Notes: generated by a model from the letters alone, not told the origin. 64,000 nt of DNA from an uncultured Prevotellaceae bacterium (GCA_900318645.1 ONLH01000014.1:17064-81063); one strand, 5' to 3'; shown: positions 29,769-39,826, counted from the first letter of the stretch. Program-made: numbers and translations.

Positions 29769-29813
29769 AAATAGAGTTCCCGCCAGCCCAAGTGGCCAGC
29801 GGGAACTCTATTT
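29769..29813. terminator. Bidirectional terminator-like hairpin
   Basis: aaatagagttcccgc...gcgggaactctattt followed by ttctttt, between convergent units. Confidence 0.75.
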
Positions 29814-29859
29814 TTCTTTTCATCTAGAACTTCTAGACTATCTAGAGTGTCTAGATGAT

Positions 29860-30609
29860 CTAGACAGGCAGCTTGTCGTCGAGGATGAGGTGGAGCCATT
29901 GGGCGGTGGTCAGGGGGATGGGGCCGGCTGGCTCGGTGGACATCAGGCGCTCGTTGAGGTCGTAGAGCAGGGGGCGGGCATCGGCCTCGCCGACGCGGGC
30001 AATAATGGCATGGGCCTCGGGCATGGCCCGCTCCATGACGGCCTGAGATGAGGGACGCAACAGGAAACTGCGCCAATAGAGCCAGTAGGCGTAATCATAG
30101 ATGCGCTGGGCATCGGCAGGATTGGTCAACTCCACCTCGCTGGCAATACAGAACTGCTGCGGCACGGGAGCCTGCTCATATTCCTCATCCAGCAACATGT
30201 GGAAGGCTGTAGCAAGAGCCTTGAGGCCATCATCTTGTGGATCAAGGACTTCGCCGCCAAGCTCACCTGCTATCGTCCACCAGATGACATAACGCACATC
30301 ATCGAGGTTCAACTCGTAGTCCACATAGTCCTCGCTACGTCCGTAGTGTGGCACAGGAGAGCCATGACGCTCACTGTGAACGCGGGTGAACGAGCGCCAG
30401 ATGCCACCGTCGGCCACCACGTCCTGATAATAGCCCGTCACGGCAAGCACCACGTCGCGGCGCACCGCATCATCCAAGCCTCGCAGCCACGGCGACTCGT
30501 CCCACAGCTTGGCTAGCCGCAGGGCAATCCACAAGTAAAACTGGTCAGTCACCGCCACAGTAGGGTTATTGGGCTGACGCTCCATAAAGTCCTTAACAGT
30601 AATTTCCAT
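29860..30609 (-). CDS. DUF3843-like hypothetical protein
   Basis: MEITVKDF...DQFYLWIA..L; DYVDYELNLDDVRYVIW resembles the DUF3843 N-terminal region as I recall it. Confidence 0.55.
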   Translation of the reverse strand: MEITVKDFMERQPNNPTVAVTDQFYLWIALRLAKLWDESPWLRGLDDAVRRDVVLAVTGYYQDVVADGGIWRSFTRVHSERHGSPVPHYGRSEDYVDYELNLDDVRYVIWWTIAGELGGEVLDPQDDGLKALATAFHMLLDEEYEQAPVPQQFCIASEVELTNPADAQRIYDYAYWLYWRSFLLRPSSQAVMERAMPEAHAIIARVGEADARPLLYDLNERLMSTEPAGPIPLTTAQWLHLILDDKLPV

Positions 30610-30623
30610 GTCTCCTTTTCAAT

Positions 30624-30657
30624 AAAAAAGACGGGAAAACACCATTGTCTTCCCGTC
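30624..30657 (-). terminator. tRNA-Thr terminator hairpin
   Basis: gacgggaa...ttcccgtc stem with plus-strand A-run (U-tail on the minus strand). Confidence 0.7.
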
Positions 30658-30658
30658 C

Positions 30659-30734
30659 TGGAGCCGCGAGCGGGACTCGAACCCGCGACCTTTTCGTTAC
30701 GAATGAAATGCTCTACCGACTGAGCTATTGCGGC
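30659..30734 (-). tRNA. tRNA-Thr(CGT)
   Basis: GCCGCAATAGCTCAGTCGGTAGAGC...TTCGTAA anticodon loop...GGGTTCGAGTCCC...GCGGCTCCA; CCA encoded, 76 nt. Confidence 0.95.
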
Positions 30735-32167
30735 TTGGTGCACTGCGATGATTTGCAAATTTGTTTGCTGTAGGAGATACTGACTTTAGCCTTATTCAGC
30801 AATAGGCGGGCAATGGCTGGTCGCGATACCATGGGCGAAATCTTAGTCACCACGGTCGTTGATCCACCGCCATAGTAGTAATTTGACGACTGGTAGGAAT
30901 AGGTAGTCACATCAACCGGCGTGATGGTGAAATTGAAATCGTCCTCGGTAGCGACGCCTCCCTGATTCTTGATGATATTGATGATATAGTCACGCAATCC
31001 CGTGAAGACATACTCCTTCTGGGACGGGGAATACACAGCATAGAACGAATCCTTGTTGTTGGCCAGGCTGTCGCCATTGATGAAGTTATCCTTCTGGGAC
31101 GTCTTGACCATCAGCAGATAGGTGGGTGGCTGGATGTTATACTCGGTAAGGGGCACACTCACGGGCAATGTCAACGTCAACGTGTTGATGACGGACTGGT
31201 TGTTGCCGATATTAGCCTTATACTTATCGATAATGTCCTGGATAGGGAAGCGCACCTGCACCTCATAGCCTGCCGGAGCCACAATCATCGCCTCACCGTT
31301 ATCAACCATCGAGGTGATGGCATCATCCACATCATAGTGGATAATATTGTTAGAAACCACCTCGGGAGTCGAGGCCAGATAGGACTGGCACTTGCCAGAA
31401 TAGATGGTGTCGGTACCGTCAGACTTCTGACCGCGTTGACGATAATAGACATCCAGCTCGGTGGCCTTGATGTTCAACACATGTCCGCTGCCGTAGCTGT
31501 TGGTGATATAAATGCCCGGGAACAAGTTGGCAAAACGCTTGGGAGCAGAGAAAACCGAGGGGTCGCTCTTGTAGGCATTGAACAATTCACGGCCCAGTTC
31601 AACAGGCATCGGCACCGAGATGACACGCACGGTGTCATAAGCATTGGTACCGGTGACATAGGAGGTGGACACCTCTAACCAACCCGATGACGGCGAATAA
31701 GACTCACTGGCAAGCAGATCATCGCTGTCATAGTAGTCCGTCGGATCAAAGTCACTGTAAATCGGGCTGGGAAGTACCTTGTTCAACAGATAGACGTTCA
31801 GTCTCATCGGGGCGAGGGAATCGCCGGTGAAGCCGTTGCGATTAGGAATGCGCAGCTTCAGGCGGCAGGAATCAATCCACTCGGCCTTTGTACCCGTCGT
31901 ATCAATGCTCACGGCAGGCATCCACGAGGTGACAGCCTCGGCATACAGTTGTCCGTAGCCATTGGCCTGCAGCGTTCCCAGCATCTTGGTAGTGGTACGC
32001 ATCTGCACACGGTCGTTACGCACCGAGTGCCCCGTGATGACAAATGAAGAATCCTCTATGATTGACGACATGCCGTCGGTGATGCTCACACCGATGGTCT
32101 CGTCGGTACATGCGTGAAGGGCAAGCAGCAGACACGCTGCCAGTATCACATTGAAAATTTGTTTCAT
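30725..32167 (-). CDS. DUF4270 family lipoprotein
   Basis: Lipobox LHACTDET; FANLFPGIYIT..YGSG; GYEVQVRFPI; next to the glycogen-synthase-domain gene as in Bacteroides. Confidence 0.8.
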   Translation of the reverse strand: MKQIFNVILAACLLLALHACTDETIGVSITDGMSSIIEDSSFVITGHSVRNDRVQMRTTTKMLGTLQANGYGQLYAEAVTSWMPAVSIDTTGTKAEWIDSCRLKLRIPNRNGFTGDSLAPMRLNVYLLNKVLPSPIYSDFDPTDYYDSDDLLASESYSPSSGWLEVSTSYVTGTNAYDTVRVISVPMPVELGRELFNAYKSDPSVFSAPKRFANLFPGIYITNSYGSGHVLNIKATELDVYYRQRGQKSDGTDTIYSGKCQSYLASTPEVVSNNIIHYDVDDAITSMVDNGEAMIVAPAGYEVQVRFPIQDIIDKYKANIGNNQSVINTLTLTLPVSVPLTEYNIQPPTYLLMVKTSQKDNFINGDSLANNKDSFYAVYSPSQKEYVFTGLRDYIINIIKNQGGVATEDDFNFTITPVDVTTYSYQSSNYYYGGGSTTVVTKISPMVSRPAIARLLLNKAKVSISYSKQICKSSQCTKPQ

Positions 32168-32227
32168 ATTCCCGAAAATGAAGTAGAACTATTTTAAGAA
32201 TATCGAAAACTACCTGAACATGTTTCT

Positions 32228-33034
32228 TCAGTCAAACAGCGATCCATAGAACTGTGTCACCAGAGTGGTGTCATCATTATCGCCGGTAAACTGCAGCTTG
32301 GGTAATGACGAGGCCGCATCGAGAATCTGCGGGCTCAAATCACTCTCACACTCAATGACGCCATCGACATAGTGCAGCGAGTAGGACATCAGATCCTCGT
32401 AGGTCAATTCCTTGCCATTGATGGGTTTGAGGGCATTCTTGGGAATGCCGTCCTGGTGCATCTTATCGGCCAGTCGGTCACCCAAGGGCTTGGGAATTGA
32501 CTCGTTGAACAATGCTGTTACGATCTTAGCATCACGGAACGACGGGTCATCACCATAAAGCGTACGGATATAAACGGGTGCCAGAGCTGAAATCCAACCG
32601 GTGCACTGGATGATGTCAGGAACCCAACGCATCTTGCGAATCGACTCAATGACCGCGCGCACAAAGAACATGCTGCGCTCATCGTTGTCATCGGGAGAAC
32701 AATTCATCTCCAGCTCATCGATGCGGTTGCTGGCAAAGTAATCCTCATTGTAAATGAAATATACCTGGAAATGAGCCTGTTGCAGGGTTGCCACCTTGAT
32801 AATCAACGGATGGTCGGTATCATCGATGATGACATTCATGCCCGACAGCCTGATCATCTCATGCAGCTGATTGCTTCGCTCGGCTATCATGCCATACTTA
32901 GGCATGAAAGTGCGCTCTTCTATACCTTGCTCCTTGACGCCTTGAGGAAGCAATCGGCCAATCACCGATAAACGACGCTCAGGCACGTATGGTTCAATCT
33001 CTTGTGAAATAAACAAGATTTTCTTTACTTCCAT
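32228..33034 (-). CDS. Glycogen/starch synthase catalytic-domain protein (Glyco_transf_5)
   Basis: MEVKKILFISQEIEPY (ATG 33034), RTFMPKYG, IRLSGMNVIIDDTDHPLIIKVA, WVPDIIQCTGW. Confidence 0.87.
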   Translation of the reverse strand: MEVKKILFISQEIEPYVPERRLSVIGRLLPQGVKEQGIEERTFMPKYGMIAERSNQLHEMIRLSGMNVIIDDTDHPLIIKVATLQQAHFQVYFIYNEDYFASNRIDELEMNCSPDDNDERSMFFVRAVIESIRKMRWVPDIIQCTGWISALAPVYIRTLYGDDPSFRDAKIVTALFNESIPKPLGDRLADKMHQDGIPKNALKPINGKELTYEDLMSYSLHYVDGVIECESDLSPQILDAASSLPKLQFTGDNDDTTLVTQFYGSLFD

Positions 33035-33310
33035 GTTGCTGTTGTTTTTGATTTTAAATGCAAAGATAGTCATTTTTTCCCATTTTAAGCCCATTTTTCA
33101 AGCACAAATAGCACATTTTTAAGTAAAAACGCCCCCTTTTTAACATCTTCTAATCTTTTTTCGGGACCAATCTTCATCTATAGTCCACACCTTGGTGATA
33201 CCGAATAGCCACCACGCCACAAGCGGCCACTCAGGGCACCAGGATATAAAAACTTCGTCAATAAATCAAAAAAAATGTAATCAAACCATACAACCTAACG
33301 AAAAACAGCG

Positions 33311-33318
33311 TATATTTG
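33311..33318 (+). promoter_or_regulatory. Sigma-A -7 element of nagA
   Basis: TATATTTG matches TAnnTTTG. Confidence 0.6.
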
Positions 33319-33347
33319 CAATTCTATAAGGTTAAAAAAGATTGGGA

Positions 33348-34538
33348 ATGTTGACTCAGATTTATAATGGCCACGTGCTCACGCCTGAAGGTTGGATCAA
33401 TGGTGGATCTATCATCATTGAGGACCAGCGCATCAAGGAAGTGAGCAAGAGCAGCCGCCAGTTGGAGGGCATGGACAAGACCATCGATGCCCACGGCATG
33501 CACGTCGTGCCTGGCGGCATTGACCTGCATTGCCATGGTGGTGGCGGCCATGATTTCCAGGAATGTACCCGTGAAGCATTTGAGACAGCAGCGATGACAC
33601 ACCTGCGCCATGGCACGACAGCCATCTACGCCACGCTTTCGTCATCGCCCATCGACATGATGGAACGGGCTTGCCAGACCTGTGACGAACTGATGCTCGA
33701 GCCTAAATCGACCATCATGGGCATGCACATGGAGGGACCCTACTTCAACCCCAGTAAAGCCGGGGCCCAGATGCCTGAAGTCATCCGTATCCCTGACGCC
33801 AACGAGTATATCCACATTGTCGAGGACTTTGACTGCATGCGCCGCTGGGACGTTGCTCCCGAGCTGCCCGGTGCTGTCGAGATGGGCAAGTACATCACTG
33901 GCAAAGGCATCGTCGCAGCGATCGGACATACTGGAGCCGAGTACCCTGACGTCAAGAAGGCCTGGGATGCCGGTTATAATCTGGCCACCCATTTCTATAA
34001 TGCCATGCCCGGTTTCCACAACGTGCGCGAGTTTAAGCATGCTGGCACCGTCGAGAGTATCTATCTGCTTGAGGATATGGCCGTTGAGGTCATTGCCGAC
34101 GGCATCCACGTGCCCTCTACCCTGCTCAACCTGGTCTATCACATCAAGGGCGTTGAGCGCACGGCCTTGTGCACCGATGCCCTCGGCGTAACCGACAGTG
34201 ACAGCGAACATGCCTTCGACCCGCGCGTCATCATCGAGGACGGCGTGTGCAAACTCTCGGACCGCAGTGCGCTGGCAGGCAGCATCGCCACGATGGACCG
34301 CCTCATCAAGACCATGACCCGCGTCGTTGATGTGCCGCTGAACGATGCCGTGCGCATGGCCAGTGAGACACCTGCCAGAATCATGGGTATCTATGACCGT
34401 AAGGGGTCGCTGCAGCGCGGCAAGGATGCCGACATCCTGCTGCTTGACGACGACATCAACCTGCGCGGCGTTTTCTCGATGGGTGAATTTGTCAAGGGCA
34501 GTGACCGCATTGCTCCTCCCATCATCGAGAAACGATGA
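33348..34538 (+). CDS. nagA: N-acetylglucosamine-6-phosphate deacetylase
   Basis: PGGIDLHCHG, HMEGPYF, APELPGA, HFYNAM, ADGIHV, TDA, LAGS, TPARIMG. Confidence 0.92.
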   Translation: MLTQIYNGHVLTPEGWINGGSIIIEDQRIKEVSKSSRQLEGMDKTIDAHGMHVVPGGIDLHCHGGGGHDFQECTREAFETAAMTHLRHGTTAIYATLSSSPIDMMERACQTCDELMLEPKSTIMGMHMEGPYFNPSKAGAQMPEVIRIPDANEYIHIVEDFDCMRRWDVAPELPGAVEMGKYITGKGIVAAIGHTGAEYPDVKKAWDAGYNLATHFYNAMPGFHNVREFKHAGTVESIYLLEDMAVEVIADGIHVPSTLLNLVYHIKGVERTALCTDALGVTDSDSEHAFDPRVIIEDGVCKLSDRSALAGSIATMDRLIKTMTRVVDVPLNDAVRMASETPARIMGIYDRKGSLQRGKDADILLLDDDINLRGVFSMGEFVKGSDRIAPPIIEKR

Positions 34539-34598
34539 GTCAGGACAAAAAAATCAAGTTTTTTTGACAATATTCTTGCACAGTAATAAAAATGGCAT

Positions 34599-34606
34599 TA
34601 TCTTTG
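34599..34606 (+). promoter_or_regulatory. Sigma-A -7 element of tRNA-His
   Basis: TATCTTTG followed by cacccgc, ~30 bp upstream of the tRNA. Confidence 0.7.
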
Positions 34607-34636
34607 CACCCGCATTTGAGAGAAATGCCTTTACAT

Positions 34637-34711
<75 letters not shown>

Positions 34712-34721
34712 CTAAGTGAAT

Positions 34722-34758
34722 AAAAACCTGCATTGCTGTTGCGATGCAGGCTTTTTTT
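34722..34758. terminator. Bidirectional terminator hairpin
   Basis: aaaaacctgcat...atgcaggcttttttt. Confidence 0.75.
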
Positions 34759-34782
34759 GTTTCTTATCAAATACCTTTTATA

Positions 34783-35289
34783 TTACTCGAGACCGAGGAG
34801 TTTCTTGACGATCGGTGTGATGTCAACGGTATTGCGGCCGGTATAGGCCACGGGGGTGACTGCGGTGTCAAGCACCAGGTCAAAGGCGCCTTGCTCACCA
34901 GCGGTGCGGATGGCAGCCTGAATCTTATCGGTGACGGGCTTGGTCAACGCCTCGCGGCGAGCGGCAATCTCATCGGCTGCACGACGTTCGAACTCACGCA
35001 TCTTCTTGTCACTCTCCTGCAACTCCTGCACGCGGCGCTCCTTGATGGCCTCGGGCATCGAGGCATCGGCAGCTACAACCTGGTAATCAGCATATTTCTT
35101 GTCAAAATCGCGTTGCAGCATGAGGTACTCGGTATGGAACTTGTCGCTCAGCACCTTGAGCTGGGCTTCGGCACTCGCCTTCTCGGGCATGAGGTCAAAT
35201 AACTGTTGCGAGTTAACAATTCCTATTCTGGCCTGGGCCATGAGCATCAGCGGCATCAGCGCGATGGCAATCATGAAAAATCTTTTCAT
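34783..35289 (-). CDS. ompH: OmpH/Skp outer-membrane chaperone (third copy)
   Basis: Signal peptide, RIGIVNSQQLFDLMPE, coiled coil, FDLVLD...DITPIVKKLLG. Confidence 0.85.
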   Translation of the reverse strand: MKRFFMIAIALMPLMLMAQARIGIVNSQQLFDLMPEKASAEAQLKVLSDKFHTEYLMLQRDFDKKYADYQVVAADASMPEAIKERRVQELQESDKKMREFERRAADEIAARREALTKPVTDKIQAAIRTAGEQGAFDLVLDTAVTPVAYTGRNTVDITPIVKKLLGLE

Positions 35290-35578
35290 TGTTCAATCAA
35301 TTTAGTAGTTTGCTATCAGGCAGCAAAGGTAGCATTTTTTCCAATAACAGCAAGGGACATGGCGGGTTATTGAAGACAAAAGACAGTGTGTCATCTTTTA
35401 AATGCCGGAACTATAACCGCCCTGCGGGCGGGAAATTAAACAAATCATATTTAAAATTGAATACACAAACCGTTGTACTGAGAATTCTAATTTAGCAATT
35501 TGTTTAATTTCCCGTGCGTGAGCACGGTTAAGTTACCGTGTCTATTTTTGACACACTGTCTTTAGCGTCTGTCTATGA

Positions 35579-36982
35579 TCAGTCGTCGGTACCGAAGAGG
35601 GGATCTTCGGGCATGACCATCACGGGCTTGGTTTCGGCAGCCTTGAGGATGTGCTGCGGCACATATTTCTTGTCCACAACAAGGCGGAAGGAGTACTCGT
35701 TGAACCACTCGTTGGTCATAATGATGTATCCCTTGTGTCCGCTGTCTCCACCCCAGGAGTTCTCCACTTTCCACTTGATGGGATTGCCGTTATCATCAAG
35801 ATCGACGGCGCAGATTGTCATGGCGTGCGTTGAACCGCTGTCGAAGGTGGAAATGCGCTGAGCCTTGTTCATGGGGAATGTGGTGCCGAACAGGGTGGCA
35901 TAGTCAAAGTTGTCGAGTGAGAGGTATCCGTTGTCACGGTTGAGCTGTTTACCCACGTCGAAGCTGGCATAGAGCTTGGTGGAATCCTTGAGCGAAGCGA
36001 TGGCCATGGCTGCGATGTCCTCCATGGGGAGGTTGATGTAGCGCCAGTTGTGACCGTCGTAGGTATGGCGGTCATATTCCACTTCGTAGGTCTTGTAGTA
36101 TTCCCTGCGGGGGTCGTTCATCGCCATGATGAACGTGCCGTTGATGGGACCGCCCACCGTCTCGCGATAGAATTCCAGCGGGGTATAGGTGCGTGCGGGG
36201 CTTACGGCTTTGCCGTTCTTGTCGCGGAAAGCGTAGGTGAACGACTTGATGGGTTCGCCCAGTGTGAGCGAGAGCATGGAATAGATGGTGCCGAGCATCT
36301 CGGTCTTGCGCTGGTTGATGGCTTTTTTACCCTTTTTGTCGGCTACCATCTGTCGCAATTCCAGTCCGAATTCACGCAGCTTGGATGCGACGAGTTGGCT
36401 CATGCGTGAGGTGCGTTCAGCCGAGAATGTCTCGGGCTGTACCTCAACAGGCACGAGGCCGTATTTCTCGGCAAGGTCGGCAGCGCCGCAGAACGTGCCG
36501 CCATCATTCATGGGATGGTGGAAGAAGAACTGCACGCGGATGTCATCGATGGGCTTGTCGGCGCAATCAATCACGCCTTGCAGCATGAGGTTGGCCTTCT
36601 CGAGCTGGTCGTAGAAGAAGAGGTAGTCGTGAGAAAACTCCACGGCAATAGAGTCGGCGTGACGACGTGCAAAGTTGGCGCGCATCACGTTGAAACTGGA
36701 GTACATCCAGCAGCGCCCGCTCTGTCGCTGGTTGTGGATCGACTGCTTGGGCGTCTCGATGCTGAAGTAAGTGTCCGTAATCTTGTTGTTGCGATAGTTT
36801 CTGGCAAGATCGTCAATGGAATTGGTCGCCATGGCATTGCTGACGGCCTTGTTTTGTTTGGCTGCCGAGGAGGCAACGATCTGGCGCATCATGTCGGGGC
36901 TGATGCCTCCCTGAGAACGGTCTTGTGCTGAGCCGGCAAAGGCGAGGCCTACTGCCAGAGCAAGTGTAAGAAATCTGTTCAT
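35579..36982 (-). CDS. pepC: Aminopeptidase C (peptidase C1B, bleomycin-hydrolase family), secreted
   Basis: NQRQSGRCW (catalytic Cys), THAM (His), WKVENSWG (Asn). Confidence 0.9.
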   Translation of the reverse strand: MNRFLTLALAVGLAFAGSAQDRSQGGISPDMMRQIVASSAAKQNKAVSNAMATNSIDDLARNYRNNKITDTYFSIETPKQSIHNQRQSGRCWMYSSFNVMRANFARRHADSIAVEFSHDYLFFYDQLEKANLMLQGVIDCADKPIDDIRVQFFFHHPMNDGGTFCGAADLAEKYGLVPVEVQPETFSAERTSRMSQLVASKLREFGLELRQMVADKKGKKAINQRKTEMLGTIYSMLSLTLGEPIKSFTYAFRDKNGKAVSPARTYTPLEFYRETVGGPINGTFIMAMNDPRREYYKTYEVEYDRHTYDGHNWRYINLPMEDIAAMAIASLKDSTKLYASFDVGKQLNRDNGYLSLDNFDYATLFGTTFPMNKAQRISTFDSGSTHAMTICAVDLDDNGNPIKWKVENSWGGDSGHKGYIIMTNEWFNEYSFRLVVDKKYVPQHILKAAETKPVMVMPEDPLFGTDD

Positions 36983-37218
36983 ATTAAGTCGTGAAATGGT
37001 TTAGAGCGCGGCACTGGGCCATTGCGCAGGATTAATAGCTTCTTAGACTGCAAATTTAGTAATAATTCCCGATTTGCCAGCCAATCGGGACATCAAATTA
37101 TTGGTGCCTTGACTATGTGTCACCATTCACCACTGATTTTTAATCGGCCTGACGGCCGAGAACCTTTAGTTCGGCGAAGCCAATTATTTCACTCCGCCAT
37201 TGTCGCCCTTCTGGGCCA

Positions 37219-37244
37219 TGTAGGGCCTCGCCTTGGCGTGGCCG
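37219..37244 (+). repeat. GTAG-type REP-like unit, isolated copy
   Basis: tgtagggcctcgccttggcgtggccg, identical to 38890-38915. Confidence 0.85.
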
Positions 37245-37518
37245 CTTTCCTGCTATTTACCAATGTTTTGTCTTTTTGCGGCTGACAATGATTGATGTTT
37301 ATATTATAGTTTCAAAAAATAATCCAGTATTCTTTTTGCAGGTTATGGTATTATGTATATCTTTGTAGAACTATATTCGCATAGTAAATGATGATTGGAG
37401 AATAATAATGCCACGTTATTCTGACACTTAATGAAAAATCATAATTGCCTTACATGTATGATTCACGTGTATTTTGTTTTTACTCACTTTATATATTACG
37501 TTTAAATATATTCAGTTT

Positions 37519-38526
37519 ATGAAGAAATTATTATTTACACTTGTTGCTCTGCTGACAGTAGATAGCATGTTTGCTCAGGAGAACTACCTCTATATTCCTG
37601 ATTTTGAACTGACTCAAGAGCAGGCTGAAGCTGGCGTGCAAGAACAGGCTCTCTATGTTGTGGCTCACTTCGACCAGTATGTAACTACTGTAGATTGGAC
37701 CATCAATCTCCCTGAGGGCATTGAGTTCGTATCTGGCGTTCTGTGCAATACAGCAAAGCCCCACTGTTACATGTATGTTATTGATGAGCATGATGAAACG
37801 GATGAATTCGATGTGGTTCTGACCCTTGTGCGCTGGGATCCGGAGCTGTTCGGTGAGTATCCTCACTTCATCTTCACTACTACTCGGGGTGCCTTCCTGT
37901 GCTACAACGAGGATGGTAGCGTATGCTACGGTGCTCCCAAGTGGGGCGGCGATGGTGTCGAGTTCAGATTCTATCGCATAGTGGTCAAGATTGCTCCGGG
38001 CTTCACTGGTGGTAACATCCTGATACACACCGAGCCCTCTTGCACCGACGATCCCCGTGGCAACACCTGCACCGGTGGTGAATGGGACAAGGTGTGCCCG
38101 ATTACCGTCGAGCAACCCGCAACTCAGCCCGCTCCTACTCCCACCCTCAGCTGGGACGAGGAGACCTACACCATGACTGCTTCATGCGCTGACCACGAGG
38201 TTGTCCTGATGATCAACGGCGTTGCTGTTGAGAACCCTCATACCGTGATTCAGACCTATGAGGATCAAGAGATTACCTTCGAAGCCTACACCAAGGCTAA
38301 CGCTGACGAGTCCTCCAACAGTGAGACCGTTCGCGAGACCGTTATCGTTCCCGCAATGCCCGTAGATCCCGAGACCGCTATCAAAGAGATGAACGCTGGC
38401 AAGGCTATCGCTAACGTGCGCTACTTCAACATGGCCGGTCAGGAGATGCAGGAGGCTAACGGCATGACCATCGTCGTTACCACCTACACCGACGGTACCA
38501 CCAACGCCGTTAAGGTGAAGAAGTAA
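37519..38526 (+). CDS. Secreted protein: cohesin-like N-domain, small Ig-like domain, T9SS-like CTD
   Basis: ATG 37519 MKKLLFTLV; YLYIPDF...WTINLPEGIEF; CTD GKAIANVRYFNMAGQ...IVVTTYTDG, similar to the CTD of 27113. Confidence 0.7.
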   Translation: MKKLLFTLVALLTVDSMFAQENYLYIPDFELTQEQAEAGVQEQALYVVAHFDQYVTTVDWTINLPEGIEFVSGVLCNTAKPHCYMYVIDEHDETDEFDVVLTLVRWDPELFGEYPHFIFTTTRGAFLCYNEDGSVCYGAPKWGGDGVEFRFYRIVVKIAPGFTGGNILIHTEPSCTDDPRGNTCTGGEWDKVCPITVEQPATQPAPTPTLSWDEETYTMTASCADHEVVLMINGVAVENPHTVIQTYEDQEITFEAYTKANADESSNSETVRETVIVPAMPVDPETAIKEMNAGKAIANVRYFNMAGQEMQEANGMTIVVTTYTDGTTNAVKVKK

Positions 38527-38584
38527 ATCCATCCAGCTTTCAGCTACAGCTCCCCTTCGGGCTCTAGTTGAAAGCCAGTCCTCA

Positions 38585-38616
38585 AAAATAGGCGACCGCA
38601 AGGCCGCCTGTTTTTT
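38585..38616 (+). terminator. Terminator hairpin
   Basis: aaaaataggcg-accgcaaggc-cgcctgtttttt. Confidence 0.7.
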
Positions 38617-39121
38617 AGTTAACGTGAGTTCGATGAAAATAAAGTGCTGATATTCAGTGGCACGAAGTGCCGGAGGAGGGGGAGAGGGCGGGGGCGTTCG
38701 TGCTGCAGCGACTAGCAACTGTCATCGGTAGCATCAACGCCCCCCGCCCCCCTCTAATCTTAGAGGGGGTGTTGCTAACGCATTGATTATCAAAACCATT
38801 GGTGTCCGATATAAATTTGGACGTACGTCGTAATTTGCTGATTCATGCAAATTTAGATAAATTATCAAAACTGTAGGCTTACCCGTGGCTGTAGGGCCTC
38901 GCCTTGGCGTGGCCGTTCCCGCTGGATAGTTCGCAACGCCCTGATTTCATAGGATTGTTTTACATAACTAAGAATAACGGCTATTTGAAAGCGATTTACC
39001 TTCTGTCGCTCAGCGGCCACGCCAAGGCGAGGCCCTACAGCCAGCCGCCGTTACAGCACGGCAACATTTTCCCCGGACACCAATGTATCAAAACAAATTT
39101 TCATCGAACTCACGTTAACTA
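38616..39121. mobile_element. MITE-like non-coding element with 25-bp perfect terminal inverted repeats
   Basis: tagttaacgtgagttcgatgaaaat (38616-38640) is the reverse complement of 39097-39121; no transposase inside. Confidence 0.7.
38887..39042. repeat. Inverted REP pair (REPIN-like) nested inside the MITE-like element
   Basis: ggctgtagggcctcgccttggcgtggccg (38887-38915) and its exact reverse complement (39014-39042). Confidence 0.85.
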
Positions 39122-39232
39122 TGACACACCGCCGTTTCAGGAACACGCTGCCCACAATGAAACTGCCGCCAGCACGGGGAAACCCACACTGGCGGCAGCC
39201 TGTTTCAAGCAGCTAATCGCTGTCAGATTATT

Positions 39233-39745
39233 TTACTTGATGCCCAACTTGGCCTTTACCTTGGCACTCACGTCCTCGGCATTGGTGCCCGTGTAGATGA
39301 TGGCACCGGCAGCCTGGTCAAAGATAAAGGTGTAACCACCCTCGGCACCGACAGCCTGAATGGCGTTCTGGAGCTTCTGAGTAATGGGGGCAAGAAGAGT
39401 CTCCTGCTGACGCTGCAAGTCTTGTGAAGCGGTCTGCTGGAAGTTCTGAATCTTCACGTAGTCGTCCTGCAGTTCCTGGCTGTGACGGTCCTTGATAGCC
39501 TGGGGAGTCGTGGCGTCCTTATCGGCAGCCTCATAGTCGGCCATCTTCTTCTGGAAAGCGTCCTGCAGGTTCTTGAACTCGGTCTCATACTTATCGCTCA
39601 CCGACTTGAGGGTATTCTCGGCCGTGGCCTTCTCAGGCATCACGTTGAAGATCTCACTGGTGTTGATGTAACCGAATTTCTGAGCTTGTGCAGCAAAGCA
39701 CATCATAGTAGCCGTAATGGCTAAGAGCATAAATCTTTTAAACAT
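39233..39745 (-). CDS. ompH: OmpH/Skp outer-membrane chaperone
   Basis: QKFGYINTSEIFNVMPE...GGYTFIFD. Confidence 0.9.
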   Translation of the reverse strand: MFKRFMLLAITATMMCFAAQAQKFGYINTSEIFNVMPEKATAENTLKSVSDKYETEFKNLQDAFQKKMADYEAADKDATTPQAIKDRHSQELQDDYVKIQNFQQTASQDLQRQQETLLAPITQKLQNAIQAVGAEGGYTFIFDQAAGAIIYTGTNAEDVSAKVKAKLGIK

Positions 39746-39826
39746 GTCTAAAAAAATTTTCTATAATATTATAATAATCCTTTTTCTCAAAAAAACACTT
39801 AAACCTAAAGCCTATCGCCTAAAGCC

